A stretch of DNA of 64,000 nt from Planctomycetota bacterium. GTDB lineage: Bacteria; Planctomycetota; JAJSAM01; JAJVHW01. The notes beneath the pieces were generated by a model, which saw only the letters and a program-made list of their open reading frames with translations, was not told the DNA's origin and did not search any database. Positions 49,529 through 64,000 of this stretch are shown one piece after another. A program made the translations under genes and the position numbers. Position 1 is the stretch's first letter, and every line of letters starts with the position of its first letter. Location: NCBI GenBank assembly GCA_965248445.1, contig CBDFJG010000001.1, positions 64,001 through 128,000 on the forward strand, read 5' to 3'.

Positions 49529-50236
49529 GTCCGTCCGGCAACCACGATGCCGGTACGACCATTATCTCGTGAGAACGATCGTTGACGCCGTGGACGGCGC
49601 TCCCGCTCGGCCCGCACGGATCCGTCTCTGGTACGCCGTTCGCTCTTCCGAGGGTGCGATCCCCTCAAGAAGGCGGCGTCAGGCGAGTCCCGTGCGGGGC
49701 CCTGGCGCCGTCGACATTTGGGGGGTGAGCGACGGCGCCGCGAAGCGGCGTGAGGATCGTCCCGCGGACGATCCGAGAGAAGCGAACGCGTAGCGGAGGC
49801 CTCCCGGCCGAAGCGGAGTGGGCAACGCGCTGAGCTGTCAAACGGGCGCGGACCACGTGTGCGAGCTGAGAGTCCGCAAACACGTACCGACGTCAGTCGC
49901 GCGCCGGTCCGATTACCGCGACCTCGCGATCCCGACGCCAGACGGCGAAGCACACGCGACCGCCGTTGCGAGCCGCCGGCTTGACGAACACGGCGCCGGG
50001 ACGTGCGTTCGCGTACCAGTGAATCTGTCGGCGGGCCACCCACGACGCCCCGTTTCGCAGCGCCGTCTTGCGCAATCGATACGTCCCCTTGGTCTGCGTC
50101 TCACGGTGACGCTCGGGGAACGCGGTCATCGTCGCAAGGCAGACCGCCACTGCGGAAATGAACGACGACTGGACCAGAGCGAGTCGCCGCCTAGGTCGCT
50201 GTGGCGGTGGCGGCGTCCGAGCCACGAGCAAGGCGG

Positions 50237-55528
<5,292 letters not shown>

Positions 55529-55592
55529 GCGGGTCTTCCGGAGGGACTCGTAGTGTCTCGCCCGCTCAATCTAACTGCGCGAGGAACGCTCC

Positions 55593-56003
55593 ATGGGACG
55601 CATCCGGGAACCCAGGCACCCACTCGAGAAACGCGAATTGCTGCACCGGGAGAACCCGGATGCCCGCCGCATCGACGCCATCGCAGAGGAATTCCTGTCC
55701 ACAGGGCGCGCCGGAGAGGCCGTGGACTACATCGAGGTGACCTGCAACCCGGAGCTGATCGCGGAGCTCGAGCGCGTCGGCAAGGCCGCGTCGTCTCCCT
55801 TCCTCGTGGCGCAGGCCGAGCGGCTGAGCGGCGTCAAGCCCGACCCTGCGGACTGGATCGCCCTCGCCGAGACGTGCCTCGCGTCCGGTCGCGCGATCGA
55901 GGCCGTCCGCGCCCTGACGCTGGCCGGCGAAGAAGCGCGCGCGGAAGCGATCCGCTTGGAGCACTGCCCGGACTACGAGCCGTTCCGGCCGCTGGGCAAG
56001 TAG
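55593..56003 (+). CDS. Hypothetical helical protein
   Basis: GAGGA RBS; coding-like composition. Confidence 0.65.
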   Translation: MGRIREPRHPLEKRELLHRENPDARRIDAIAEEFLSTGRAGEAVDYIEVTCNPELIAELERVGKAASSPFLVAQAERLSGVKPDPADWIALAETCLASGRAIEAVRALTLAGEEARAEAIRLEHCPDYEPFRPLGK

Positions 56004-56008
56004 GCCGG

Positions 56009-56048
56009 ACACTTCTCCCTACACTGGTCTCCCTACACTCGTCTCCCA
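56009..56048. repeat. Three imperfect tandem copies of ACACT(NG)TCTCCC(T/A)
   Basis: ACACTTCTCCCT ACACTGGTCTCCCT ACACTCGTCTCCCA, intergenic. Confidence 0.7.
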
Positions 56049-56128
56049 ATACCGGCGGCATACCCCGTGGCCTGACCACGTTCAGGATTGCGGGATGACG
56101 CATCGTGGACCTTCCGGGGAGGTGGCGC

Positions 56129-56725
56129 ATGGCCGCGAGCGACTCTGCGCGCGCAGACCTCGTCCGACTGCTCCGCTGGGCGCACGCTGGAGAACGCGCG
56201 GCGGCGCTCGCGTATCGCGGGCACGCGTCGTCCGTGAGGGACGCAACCGAGCGTGCCGCGATCCGCAAGATCGAACGCGACGAGTGGGAGCACCGCGAGG
56301 CGGTCGGTGAGATGCTCACGGCGCTCGGCGCGGGGCCCAGCCACATACTCGAGTTGGCGCACCTGATCATCGGGCGCACGGCGTCCGCACTGTGTCACGT
56401 CACGGGTTGGTATGCGCCGATGTACGGCGCCGGCGTCCTCGAAAAGCACAACGTGCACGAGTACGACACGGCTGCGGCCCACGCCGTCGACGCCGGATTG
56501 CCCCACCTGGCGCCGGAACTCCGCGCCATGGCCGCGACCGAGCGTGAGCACGAGGCGTGGTTCCGTACGCGCGTCACGTCGCACCGCCTCTCTCGCATCG
56601 TGCGACCGTGGCGCCTACCAGCCGCGGACAGGCTGCCAGGAGTCGACGACGCGGTCGCCGCGGACGACGTGAATGCGCTCGAAGTTGGCGGCCGCGAGGC
56701 AGGAGTGGTTCGGCAGCACACGTAG
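56129..56725 (+). CDS. Ferritin-like di-iron protein (COQ7/demethoxyubiquinone hydroxylase-like)
   Basis: 'AHAGERAAALAYRGH', 'DEWEH', 'LE', 'EREH' di-iron ligands; GGAGG RBS. Confidence 0.78.
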   Translation: MAASDSARADLVRLLRWAHAGERAAALAYRGHASSVRDATERAAIRKIERDEWEHREAVGEMLTALGAGPSHILELAHLIIGRTASALCHVTGWYAPMYGAGVLEKHNVHEYDTAAAHAVDAGLPHLAPELRAMAATEREHEAWFRTRVTSHRLSRIVRPWRLPAADRLPGVDDAVAADDVNALEVGGREAGVVRQHT

Positions 56726-57727
56726 CTTCGTCCCGACCCGGAGCGCACCGGCGGCTCCGACGTGCCCCTCACGAGACCGGAGCTTGCCGTGCTCCTGCGA
56801 CAGATCGTGAAGCTCGAGCGCCGGGGCACCGAACGGCGCGCCGAAACCGCCGGACCAGCCAGGGACGTGCGTCGCACCGCGGTCCTTCGAGAAGACGAGG
56901 GCCCCGCCATCGACGATCGCCGCATCCCGCGCCGGGTACGCCCCGATCACGGAAACCAGCACGCTGAACGCGATGTCTGCCGCGTCGCACGATCCGATCG
57001 CGGCCTGGAATCGGTCGAACAGCGCGTAGTTCCCCGGGCGGGTCTCGTCGACACCGGTGAGGTCGCCTGCGTGGCACATGGTCGGCGTCGAGCCGATGCT
57101 CACGACAGGCACGTCGATGCCCGCATCGCGCAGGCGCGTCGCGAACCCTGCGGTGACGTCACGCTCCTCGTCCGCCACCGCGCGAACACCGTCCGAGTCC
57201 GTGGCGGCGTACGCGTGTCCGCCGTGGGCAAGCACACCGGCGAACGCGATCCCGTCGGTTGCGGTCATGCGGCGTGCCAGAGCGAGTCCGAGTTCTCCCT
57301 GCGGATCGACTCCCGCGCGACCGTATCCGCAGTCCACCTTGAGGAACACGGAGACCGTCCGCGGTGCGTGGGACGCGATCGCGTCGAGGGCGTCCTCCGA
57401 GTCGACGAGCAGGTGCAGCGCGTCGAGCGACCCGGCCAGGTCGAGCGCCTCGGCGGCGCGGGCCGGAGCAAGGGGCACGGCGTAGGTGATGTCCGTGAAG
57501 CCGCCGGCCGCGAACCCCCTCGCTTCCGCGAGAGTCGAGACGGCGATGCCGCCGAAGTGGCCGCGCACCTGCAGCCGCGCCGCCTCGACGCACTTGTGGG
57601 TCTTCACGTGCGGGCGCAGGCGCACGCCGAGAGACGTCATGCGCTCGGACATGCGCGCACAGTTGCGCTCCAGCACGTCGAGATCGATGACGGCGGCCGG
57701 CGTGGGCAGATCCAGAAGCGCGGTCAC
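56615..57727 (-). CDS. Fold-type III PLP enzyme (D-threonine aldolase / DSD1 family)
   Basis: 'LPTPAAVIDL', 'RPHVKTHK', 'KVDCGYGRAG', 'GSTPT', 'RPGNY', 'LSQEHG', 'PNHSC'. Confidence 0.9.
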   Translation of the reverse strand: MTALLDLPTPAAVIDLDVLERNCARMSERMTSLGVRLRPHVKTHKCVEAARLQVRGHFGGIAVSTLAEARGFAAGGFTDITYAVPLAPARAAEALDLAGSLDALHLLVDSEDALDAIASHAPRTVSVFLKVDCGYGRAGVDPQGELGLALARRMTATDGIAFAGVLAHGGHAYAATDSDGVRAVADEERDVTAGFATRLRDAGIDVPVVSIGSTPTMCHAGDLTGVDETRPGNYALFDRFQAAIGSCDAADIAFSVLVSVIGAYPARDAAIVDGGALVFSKDRGATHVPGWSGGFGAPFGAPALELHDLSQEHGKLRSREGHVGAAGALRVGTKLRVLPNHSCLAAANFERIHVVRGDRVVDSWQPVRGW

Positions 57728-58530
57728 TCGCCCAGGACCTCGCGCATCCGCGGACGCAAAGTGAACGGCAGGTTCCTCTCCGGCGCGTTCTCGCGCAGCC
57801 ACTCGAGTGCGACTCGCTCCTCGTCGAACAGCTTCAGCTGTCGCGCCGCGCGGGACGCGCGCGCCTCGACCGAGACCCGTCCCCCAAATGGGATCGCGAC
57901 GTGACGTCGATAGCGTCCGGCGAGTTCACGCACCTGGCGGGCATCCGCGTCGTTGTCCGTCGAGAACGACATGATCAGGTCGAACAGTGCGCTCGCTCCC
58001 TCCAGAGTCGCGCCGCCCTCGGAGATGGCGTCGCGGTAGCGACCGCGGGCCAGCTCGAGGTGGCCGAGGCGCTGGAGTGCAAGGCCCAACCGACGCAGGA
58101 CGTACGGCCGAGCGTCGGAGGCGAGCTCCGGGAGGATTGCGCGGTAACGCGACACCGCACCGGCCAGGTCCTCGTTCTTGCCGAGGCGCTCCTCCGCTTC
58201 GAGAAGGAGTTGGTTGGCGGGGACGCCCACGAGCCGCGGGTCGTTGGTCGACACCCGGGGCGGCGCGGCATTCGCGCCCGGGCCTCCCGTGACGGCCTCC
58301 GTGACGTTGGCAGGCGGCGCGGCGATGACGCGATCCCGGCGGGTTGCCGTCTCGTGCCTCTCCGCCAGCCGCCGCTCCAGTTTGGCGATGCGCTCGGTCA
58401 GCCGCGACAGCTCCCGGGCGGTGCGCTCGTCATCTGCCGGTGCCACACCACCACGACCGAGAAGCGCGACAAGCACGACCGTCTGCACGACAACGATGCC
58501 GAGGACGACGGCGATCGTGCGTGTGCTCAT
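57724..58530 (-). CDS. Membrane-anchored TPR-like hypothetical protein
   Basis: N-terminal TM, coiled coil, TPR-like helices; coupled to both neighbours. Confidence 0.65.
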   Translation of the reverse strand: MSTRTIAVVLGIVVVQTVVLVALLGRGGVAPADDERTARELSRLTERIAKLERRLAERHETATRRDRVIAAPPANVTEAVTGGPGANAAPPRVSTNDPRLVGVPANQLLLEAEERLGKNEDLAGAVSRYRAILPELASDARPYVLRRLGLALQRLGHLELARGRYRDAISEGGATLEGASALFDLIMSFSTDNDADARQVRELAGRYRRHVAIPFGGRVSVEARASRAARQLKLFDEERVALEWLRENAPERNLPFTLRPRMREVLGE

Positions 58531-60158
58531 TCTTCGAGCGTCTCCAGCAGCGCCAATGCCTCGGGCATCCCGGGCACGACCGCAAGCGCCTCGTGCAGGC
58601 GCTTGCGTGCCTCGTCGGGGCGATCGGTGTTCTTCAGCACCACCGCCAAGTTGTACCGCGCGCGGGCAGCGATGCGTCGTGCGCGCGTCAGTTCGATTGC
58701 GCGGAGCAGGTCGCGCTCCGCGCCCTCGAAGTCGCCGGTCTCGAGGCGCAGCGTGCCGAGCAGGTAGTACTCCTCGGCAGGCTCCTCGACGCGCGTCGCA
58801 AGGTCGGTCAGAAGACCGACTGCCTCCGCGTGATCCGCCGCCGCGCCGGTCTCAGAAAGCGCCAGGGCGAGGCGATTCGTCGCTCCGCGTGCGCCGGGGT
58901 ACTGCGCGAGGACGTCGCGGTCGAACACGATCTCGTCGTACCAGACCGGGGCACGCAGATGCGAAACGGCTCCGAGCACGACGAACAGTCCCATCGTCAC
59001 CGCTGGTGCGGCCGCGGAGCGCAGACCGACGAACACGCGCTCGAGTCCCTCCCCCGCGAGCAGGTAGAGGAATAATGCCGGGAGGTAGAGGAAGCGGTCC
59101 GCCACGATCGCTCCGATCGGCACCACCTGCAGGACCGGAACGAGCAGCAACACGAACGCGAGAAGGGGGAACGCCACGCGAGGGTGCTTGCTGAACGCGA
59201 ACGCACCGAGTGCAACCATCGCCAGGAGCAGGAGCAGTCCGAGAACCGCGACGCCGCCGAGCTGCCTGGGATCGGCCGACCATGCCGGGTCCGCCGCATA
59301 GTCGCCGCAGAGGTTGACGGGCAGGATCACGTTCGCAGTGAGCAGCGCGAATCCACGGCCGACACCGAGAGCGGCACCCCAAGGATCGACGTCGTGCCAC
59401 GCCAGACCACCCTTCTCCGGGAACGTCGCGCCGAGCACCTGGATCCGCGCCCACATCCAGAGCGCAGCGGGGACCGCGAACCAGGAGAGGCGCAGGAGCG
59501 ACCGCTTGCCGAACAGGCGGAACAGCGGCAACCCCTGGTACGCAACAACACCGAGCACCACGACCAGCGGAAGCAGCGCCGCCGTCGCCTTGGCGAACAA
59601 GGAGAGCCCGAACAGCGCGACCGCAAGCGGGAGCGCGCGCTTGTCACCTGGACTGCGCAGCAGCAGGATGCCCATCGCGAGTCCGAAGAACGTCGCGAGC
59701 AGGTCGCAACGGCCGACGATCCACGCAACCGGTTCCACGGCCAGCGGATGGACGGCAAACAGCGCCGCCGCGAGTATCGGCGCGCCGAGCGCGCGCTTTG
59801 TCAGGTGCGCGAGGAACAGGTACGCCAGGGCCGAGTTCGCAGCGTGCAGAACCAGGTTGACCCGCCGGAACCACCACACGGTCGGGTCGCCCGGCGCGCT
59901 ACCGGAGACGAACCAGTCGATCGCGAACGACGCGTTGACGACCGGCCGGTACATCTCGACGTCGTTCGGCGGCAGGAAGTAGGGCTCCGCGAACGCAGTG
60001 AAGACGGTGGAGAGATCAGCCAGCCGCGGATCGCGCAGCAGGAAGATCGTGTCGTCCCAGACGAGCCCCGTAGCTCCCAGGGTTGCACACTGAGCAAGCA
60101 GCGCCAGGCAGGCGACGATCACACAGCCGGTGAGCGGCCCGCCGGGGGTGAAGCGCAC
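58527..60158 (-). CDS. TMTC-like multi-pass membrane glycosyltransferase with TPRs
   Basis: 'WDD', 'YRPV', 'LFAVHPLAVEPVAWIVGRCDL', 'ADRFLYLP', C-terminal TPRs. Confidence 0.82.
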   Translation of the reverse strand: MRFTPGGPLTGCVIVACLALLAQCATLGATGLVWDDTIFLLRDPRLADLSTVFTAFAEPYFLPPNDVEMYRPVVNASFAIDWFVSGSAPGDPTVWWFRRVNLVLHAANSALAYLFLAHLTKRALGAPILAAALFAVHPLAVEPVAWIVGRCDLLATFFGLAMGILLLRSPGDKRALPLAVALFGLSLFAKATAALLPLVVVLGVVAYQGLPLFRLFGKRSLLRLSWFAVPAALWMWARIQVLGATFPEKGGLAWHDVDPWGAALGVGRGFALLTANVILPVNLCGDYAADPAWSADPRQLGGVAVLGLLLLLAMVALGAFAFSKHPRVAFPLLAFVLLLVPVLQVVPIGAIVADRFLYLPALFLYLLAGEGLERVFVGLRSAAAPAVTMGLFVVLGAVSHLRAPVWYDEIVFDRDVLAQYPGARGATNRLALALSETGAAADHAEAVGLLTDLATRVEEPAEEYYLLGTLRLETGDFEGAERDLLRAIELTRARRIAARARYNLAVVLKNTDRPDEARKRLHEALAVVPGMPEALALLETLEE

Positions 60159-60200
60159 GGTTACAAGAGCACGTCCGCTCGCGGGCGACGCGACGCGGCC

Positions 60201-62807
60201 CTACTTGTCCTCGTCCTCGTCCTCCATGTCCTCGTCGTCCCACGGGTCGTCGTCGTCGCTCTCCATGTTCCCTTCGGGAACGGACGTATCGACTGCCGGG
60301 CGTTCGCGGGTCAGGCTGTCCCGCTCGGTCCGTCGGTTGCAGACCTGATCGAGGTACCACCAGTACTCGTCGCCGACCTTACCGAAGTCGTTCTTGCTCT
60401 TCAGCTTGAACGCCGACACGAGAGCGTCGGGACCGTTCGTCCCCGCCAGCTCGTGGCGCATGTACTCAAGGATGTTGTCCCGGTATTTGCCGTTGTCGTA
60501 GAAGTACGCGAAGTGGACGAACGCCCAGGCCTGGGCGTAGAACACGTTCGCCAGCAGGTTCCCACGCCCAGGTGCAATCTCGTTCCCGATGCGGCTGAGG
60601 TCGCCGTTGTGGTTCGGCTCGAGCATGCGCGGGAGTGTGAAGCTCTGCTTGCGCCACTCCGGGTTCCGGCGGCGGTACATGCGCATCAGATCCGTGCGCT
60701 CGATGAGGATGCGGTTGTGCCGGAAGGTGGCACCCTCGAAATCGAGGAAGTGCTCCTCGTCCACCTCCGCCGCGCCCATGAACTCGGCGATGCCCTCTCC
60801 GAACCACATCGACTTGCGGGGCTGCACGAAATCGACGCCGTCGGTCAGCGGCTTGCCCTGGTAGATCGCGCCGTACTCGTGCATGAGTTGGTGTGTGCCC
60901 TCGTGGAACGTGACCTGGTCTGCGTAGGGCTGTACGAACCCGCCTTTTGCCTTGAAGAAGTTCTGCTCCGTGAGAGAGTCCTGGCCCACGTAGTGGGTGA
61001 TCAGCTTCTCGGTCGGGCTGTACCACGCACGGGCTCCGGGGGGAGCGTTGTCCTTCTGCGCCGCGAGCCACTTCTGAAGCAGGTTGGCGTCCCACAGGAT
61101 CACCGCTCGCAGGATGCGGTCCCCGCCCGCCTCCGTCTCGAGCGAAGGCAGGCTGAACTTGTCAGCGAACAGCTCCCGGTAGCGCCGGTTCAGTTCGTTG
61201 AAGACGATGCCGTCGCGCTTGGCGTACTTCGCCGCCTTGGCCTCACGTTCCGCGACGAGCTTCGGGTCGAAGCCCTTGTCGCGCAGGTCCTCATCCTCGT
61301 AGTTCTGGAAGATGACGTAGGGGTCGTCGAAGCGGAAGATGAACTTCAAGTCCTTGAACAAGTCGTTCTTCCGGATGAAGTTCATCATGTCTTCCGCCTG
61401 ACGCAGTCGCGGGTTGTCCCTCAACTGCTTCTCGCGCTCGCGGACGTGGTTGACGATCACCTGCAGTTCCGCGAAGCGCGCCGGATCGACCCACGAGTCC
61501 TTGTCGAGGTCTTCCATCGCGGCGAGCAACGCCTTCTCGTTCTTGTTGGCGTTGTCCATCGCGTACAGACACTCGTCGATGCAGAGCTTGACCAGCGCCT
61601 GGGCGTTCTTCTTGCCGATGCCCTCCTGCGCCCAGTCGACGTCCTGGTCGATCTTGATCGCTTCCTTGGCGATGCGCTCGCGGGCCAGCTTGCCGGCGGT
61701 CGTGACGCGGATCCGTTCGTCATAGAACCAGTCGTAGAGACCCTTCAGCTTCGCGGTGTCGCCGAGTGCCGGCTGCAGCTTCAAGGTCAACTCGGCGTGC
61801 TGGTCGGTCGCGGACATCGCGAGGTACGTCCCCCACGCATCGAGCCCAACCGGTGCGGTGGAGTCCCCGTTGGCGTTCGCGCCGGGGTTCGCAGCCGCGT
61901 TGCCGCCGCTCTCGCTGCCGTTGACCACGGCAGGATCTCCGTTGGCGCCACCGTCGTCCCCGCCCCCGCCGAACAGGAAGAACCCGCCGCCGCCCAGCGC
62001 GAGCACGCCGACGGCGATGCCGACGATCAGACCGGTGTTGCCCTTCTTCTCCTCGCGCGCCGGGCGCTCTCGACGAGCAGACGACGACTTGCGGGAACGG
62101 GACGACTTGCCGGTGTTCGCCGGCGGAGGGGCAGCGACTGCCTGCGAGCCACCCGCGCGCTGCGCGACTTCCTGAGTGGACGACGACGCGGCGCGTTTCT
62201 GCATGGCCTTCGGCAATCGCGGCGAGCTCTTCGCCGGAGACTGACGCGCGCTGGCGGAGGGCTTTGCGGCGGGCGCTGCGGGCTTCGCGGCTGGTGTGCC
62301 GCGCGCTTCGGCGAGCAGCTTGCGCATCTGGTCCGGAGGGACGACCGCGGTCGCAGGCGGATCGACGCGCGACGTGCGACGCGGCGCCGGCGCGCGGCCC
62401 GACGGCTTCAACGTGCGTGCTTGCGGCTTGACTCCGGATGTTGGCTTGACGCGCGACGCCGGCTTGACGCCCCCCACTGGACGCGACGGGCGCGGGGTGC
62501 GCGCGGCACGACGGCTCGTGGCAGGATTCGGGGCAGGGACCGGAGCAGCGCTCTTCTCTGCGGCGACGTCCTGCGACGCACGCAGCGCGCTCTTCATCTC
62601 GTCCGGCGACATCATCACCGTCGGGGGGGGCTTCGGCCGCCCGCGAGTCGACCGCTGCACCTCAGCTGCTCCGAGGGGCTGGATGATCGGACCCGCCTCC
62701 GGGACCTGGAGGACGTTCCGGCACTGGCCGCAGACGAAGCTGGTCCCGGGTGTCATGGTCGCGACGTCGAACTGCGAGGTGCACTTAGGACAGCTGATCA
62801 GCCTCAT
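60201..62807 (-). CDS. Zn-ribbon, disordered linker, TM and DUF1570-like HExxH domain protein
   Basis: 'CPKC...CGQC', Pro/Ala/Lys-rich linker, TM, 'FHEGTHQLMH', 'WFGEGIAEF', 'YAQAWAFVHF'; AGGAGG RBS before ATG 62807. Confidence 0.8.
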   Translation of the reverse strand: MRLISCPKCTSQFDVATMTPGTSFVCGQCRNVLQVPEAGPIIQPLGAAEVQRSTRGRPKPPPTVMMSPDEMKSALRASQDVAAEKSAAPVPAPNPATSRRAARTPRPSRPVGGVKPASRVKPTSGVKPQARTLKPSGRAPAPRRTSRVDPPATAVVPPDQMRKLLAEARGTPAAKPAAPAAKPSASARQSPAKSSPRLPKAMQKRAASSSTQEVAQRAGGSQAVAAPPPANTGKSSRSRKSSSARRERPAREEKKGNTGLIVGIAVGVLALGGGGFFLFGGGGDDGGANGDPAVVNGSESGGNAAANPGANANGDSTAPVGLDAWGTYLAMSATDQHAELTLKLQPALGDTAKLKGLYDWFYDERIRVTTAGKLARERIAKEAIKIDQDVDWAQEGIGKKNAQALVKLCIDECLYAMDNANKNEKALLAAMEDLDKDSWVDPARFAELQVIVNHVREREKQLRDNPRLRQAEDMMNFIRKNDLFKDLKFIFRFDDPYVIFQNYEDEDLRDKGFDPKLVAEREAKAAKYAKRDGIVFNELNRRYRELFADKFSLPSLETEAGGDRILRAVILWDANLLQKWLAAQKDNAPPGARAWYSPTEKLITHYVGQDSLTEQNFFKAKGGFVQPYADQVTFHEGTHQLMHEYGAIYQGKPLTDGVDFVQPRKSMWFGEGIAEFMGAAEVDEEHFLDFEGATFRHNRILIERTDLMRMYRRRNPEWRKQSFTLPRMLEPNHNGDLSRIGNEIAPGRGNLLANVFYAQAWAFVHFAYFYDNGKYRDNILEYMRHELAGTNGPDALVSAFKLKSKNDFGKVGDEYWWYLDQVCNRRTERDSLTRERPAVDTSVPEGNMESDDDDPWDDEDMEDEDEDK

Positions 62808-62940
62808 CGGGCTCCCTCCAGGAGTGACGGCGGTCCGCTCCCACCGTAAGCCGCGGATTCTACTGCCCCAGTGTCCCAATCCCATGCCTCAGCGTGCGCG
62901 AGGAGGCTGCGGGGCCCCATGACGCCGCCCTGGCGGCCAC

Positions 62941-63975
62941 GTGTCGGCCGCGGCACACTGGGCTCTGGTGCGCCCGTTGCGCACCCGGGGAGCGCCCGGC
63001 CGCCCGGCCGCGCGCCGGAGGGAGCCCGTGCAAGGTCCTGGTCACCCACGCAGAACGCCCGCGCGCTTGCCGTTCCCCGGAGTGCTCGTCATCTTGGCGC
63101 TCGGGCTCGCCGCAGCGGCAGCTCCGGACCGGCCGCGGGTCGGGCTCTACGCGGAGACCGGCGCCCCGGGCGCGATGCCCGCGATCACCGGCGTGCGGAA
63201 CGGCTGCCGTCGCGGCGAGATGGACCTGCTCGAGCGCGCCGTCCCGGCAGAGCGCGCCGAGGCCACGGGCGTGCTGGCTGAGCTCGCCCTCGAATCGGTA
63301 GACGTGCTGGTCACCGTCGGTCCGCGCGCGGCGACGGATGCGCGCGACACCCGGCGGGCGACGGCCACTGTCTTCACGGGCGTGATGCGGCCCGAGGCGC
63401 TCGGCCTGCCGGGCCGCGCGACGCTCTGCGGAACAGCTGGAGGCGTGTCGGCCGAGGATTTGGTCGCCGCGATACGCCGCGCCGCGCCGTGGGTCCGAAG
63501 GCTCGTGGTGGTCATGACCCGGGACGACGCAGAGGACGAGGCACTCTTGGAGGCGTTGTCCGTCACTCCAGCGGCCGCGGGATTGACGATCGCCACTGAC
63601 GCAATCAGCCAGGCCGACGCATTGAAGGACGCCGCGCTCGTCCTCGCCGAGAGCGTGCCCGGAGCTCGCGCGAACCGAGTGGTGCGCCGCCTCGAGGGCA
63701 AGCGCGTGCTCCTCGTCGGAACACGAAGGGCGCACCTCGACGCCGGTGCGGCGCTCGTCGTCCGTACGGATCCGAAGGCGCTCGGCGCGACCGCCGCGGA
63801 TCTGGTGCGCCGCATCGTGAACGGCGAGGCGCCCGAGCAGATCGGCGTCGTGCGGCCGCGGCGGGTGCTCTTCGAACTGAACCTGACGGCGGCGCGACGG
63901 CTGGGCGTCGAGATCCCGCTCTCTGCCATTGCGGGCGCGGATCACGTCGTGCCGGACTTCGGGGGCCGCCGGTGA
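62941..63975 (+). CDS. ABC transporter substrate-binding-like protein (start uncertain, possibly ~63082)
   Basis: 'VLVTVG..A', 'VFTGV..P', 'ELNLTAARRLGVEIP' typical of the ABC_sub_bind family. Confidence 0.72.
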   Translation: MSAAAHWALVRPLRTRGAPGRPAARRREPVQGPGHPRRTPARLPFPGVLVILALGLAAAAAPDRPRVGLYAETGAPGAMPAITGVRNGCRRGEMDLLERAVPAERAEATGVLAELALESVDVLVTVGPRAATDARDTRRATATVFTGVMRPEALGLPGRATLCGTAGGVSAEDLVAAIRRAAPWVRRLVVVMTRDDAEDEALLEALSVTPAAAGLTIATDAISQADALKDAALVLAESVPGARANRVVRRLEGKRVLLVGTRRAHLDAGAALVVRTDPKALGATAADLVRRIVNGEAPEQIGVVRPRRVLFELNLTAARRLGVEIPLSAIAGADHVVPDFGGRR

Positions 63976-64000
63976 GCGCCGACGACGTTCCGCTCACGAA

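Noticed and set aside
50134..50152. Possible sigma54 promoter (TGGCGGTCTGCCTTGC on the minus strand) downstream of the sigma54 activator gene
   Set aside because: The GG-to-GC spacing is 11 nt rather than the required 10.
49530..50236. Short ORFs in the gap between the LPS kinase and the sigma54 activator (e.g. 49893..50231-)
   Set aside because: No recognisable motifs or clear RBS; cannot be supported from the sequence alone.
59184..62849. Very long antisense or alternative-frame ORFs (e.g. 59184..62849+, 21595..23886-, 54077..56098+, 51269..53032+)
   Set aside because: Shadow ORFs opposite well-supported genes; expected in high-GC DNA and lacking recognisable motifs.

Overview
This is a high-GC bacterial chromosomal window. 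Its gene content (MoxR/DUF58/VWA cluster, DUF1570-like and HEAT-repeat proteins, a kinase-sigma54 fusion) suggests Planctomycetota, which is an inference. Positions 1-10.9 kb are host genes: a VWA/MoxR/DUF58/BatA operon, mqnE, a lipoprotein and a GreA/GreB factor. A tRNA-Asn(GTT) at 10927-11001 is followed by a ~30 kb island (~11.0-41.0 kb). Its left part (~11.5-34.3 kb) is a decaying HK97-type prophage or satellite. It carries DUF2924 plus a large serine recombinase, a sigma factor, a primase-polymerase/D5 helicase ending in a palindromic iteron-like array, HNH, a ParB-methyltransferase, TerS and a TerL with a class-3 (Ala-start, W-C-T) LAGLIDADG intein. It continues with an antisense PLD moron, portal, Clp protease, capsid and head-completion genes. 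No tail tube, tape measure or lysis genes are visible, and the region ends with a second DUF2924 gene and a basic nucleoid-like protein. The right part (34.4-41.0 kb) is a cluster of four IS elements enclosing fragments of an RHS-like gene and a HhH glycosylase / small HIRAN-like protein / PfkB kinase cassette, a candidate defence or DNA-modification system. Positions 41-64 kb are host genes again: ABC exporter, MBOAT/SGNH pair, HU/IHF, LPS kinase, a giant kinase-ATPase-TPR-GAF-sigma54 activator, a PLP enzyme and TPR proteins. All assignments come from motifs read by eye; no database search was run.
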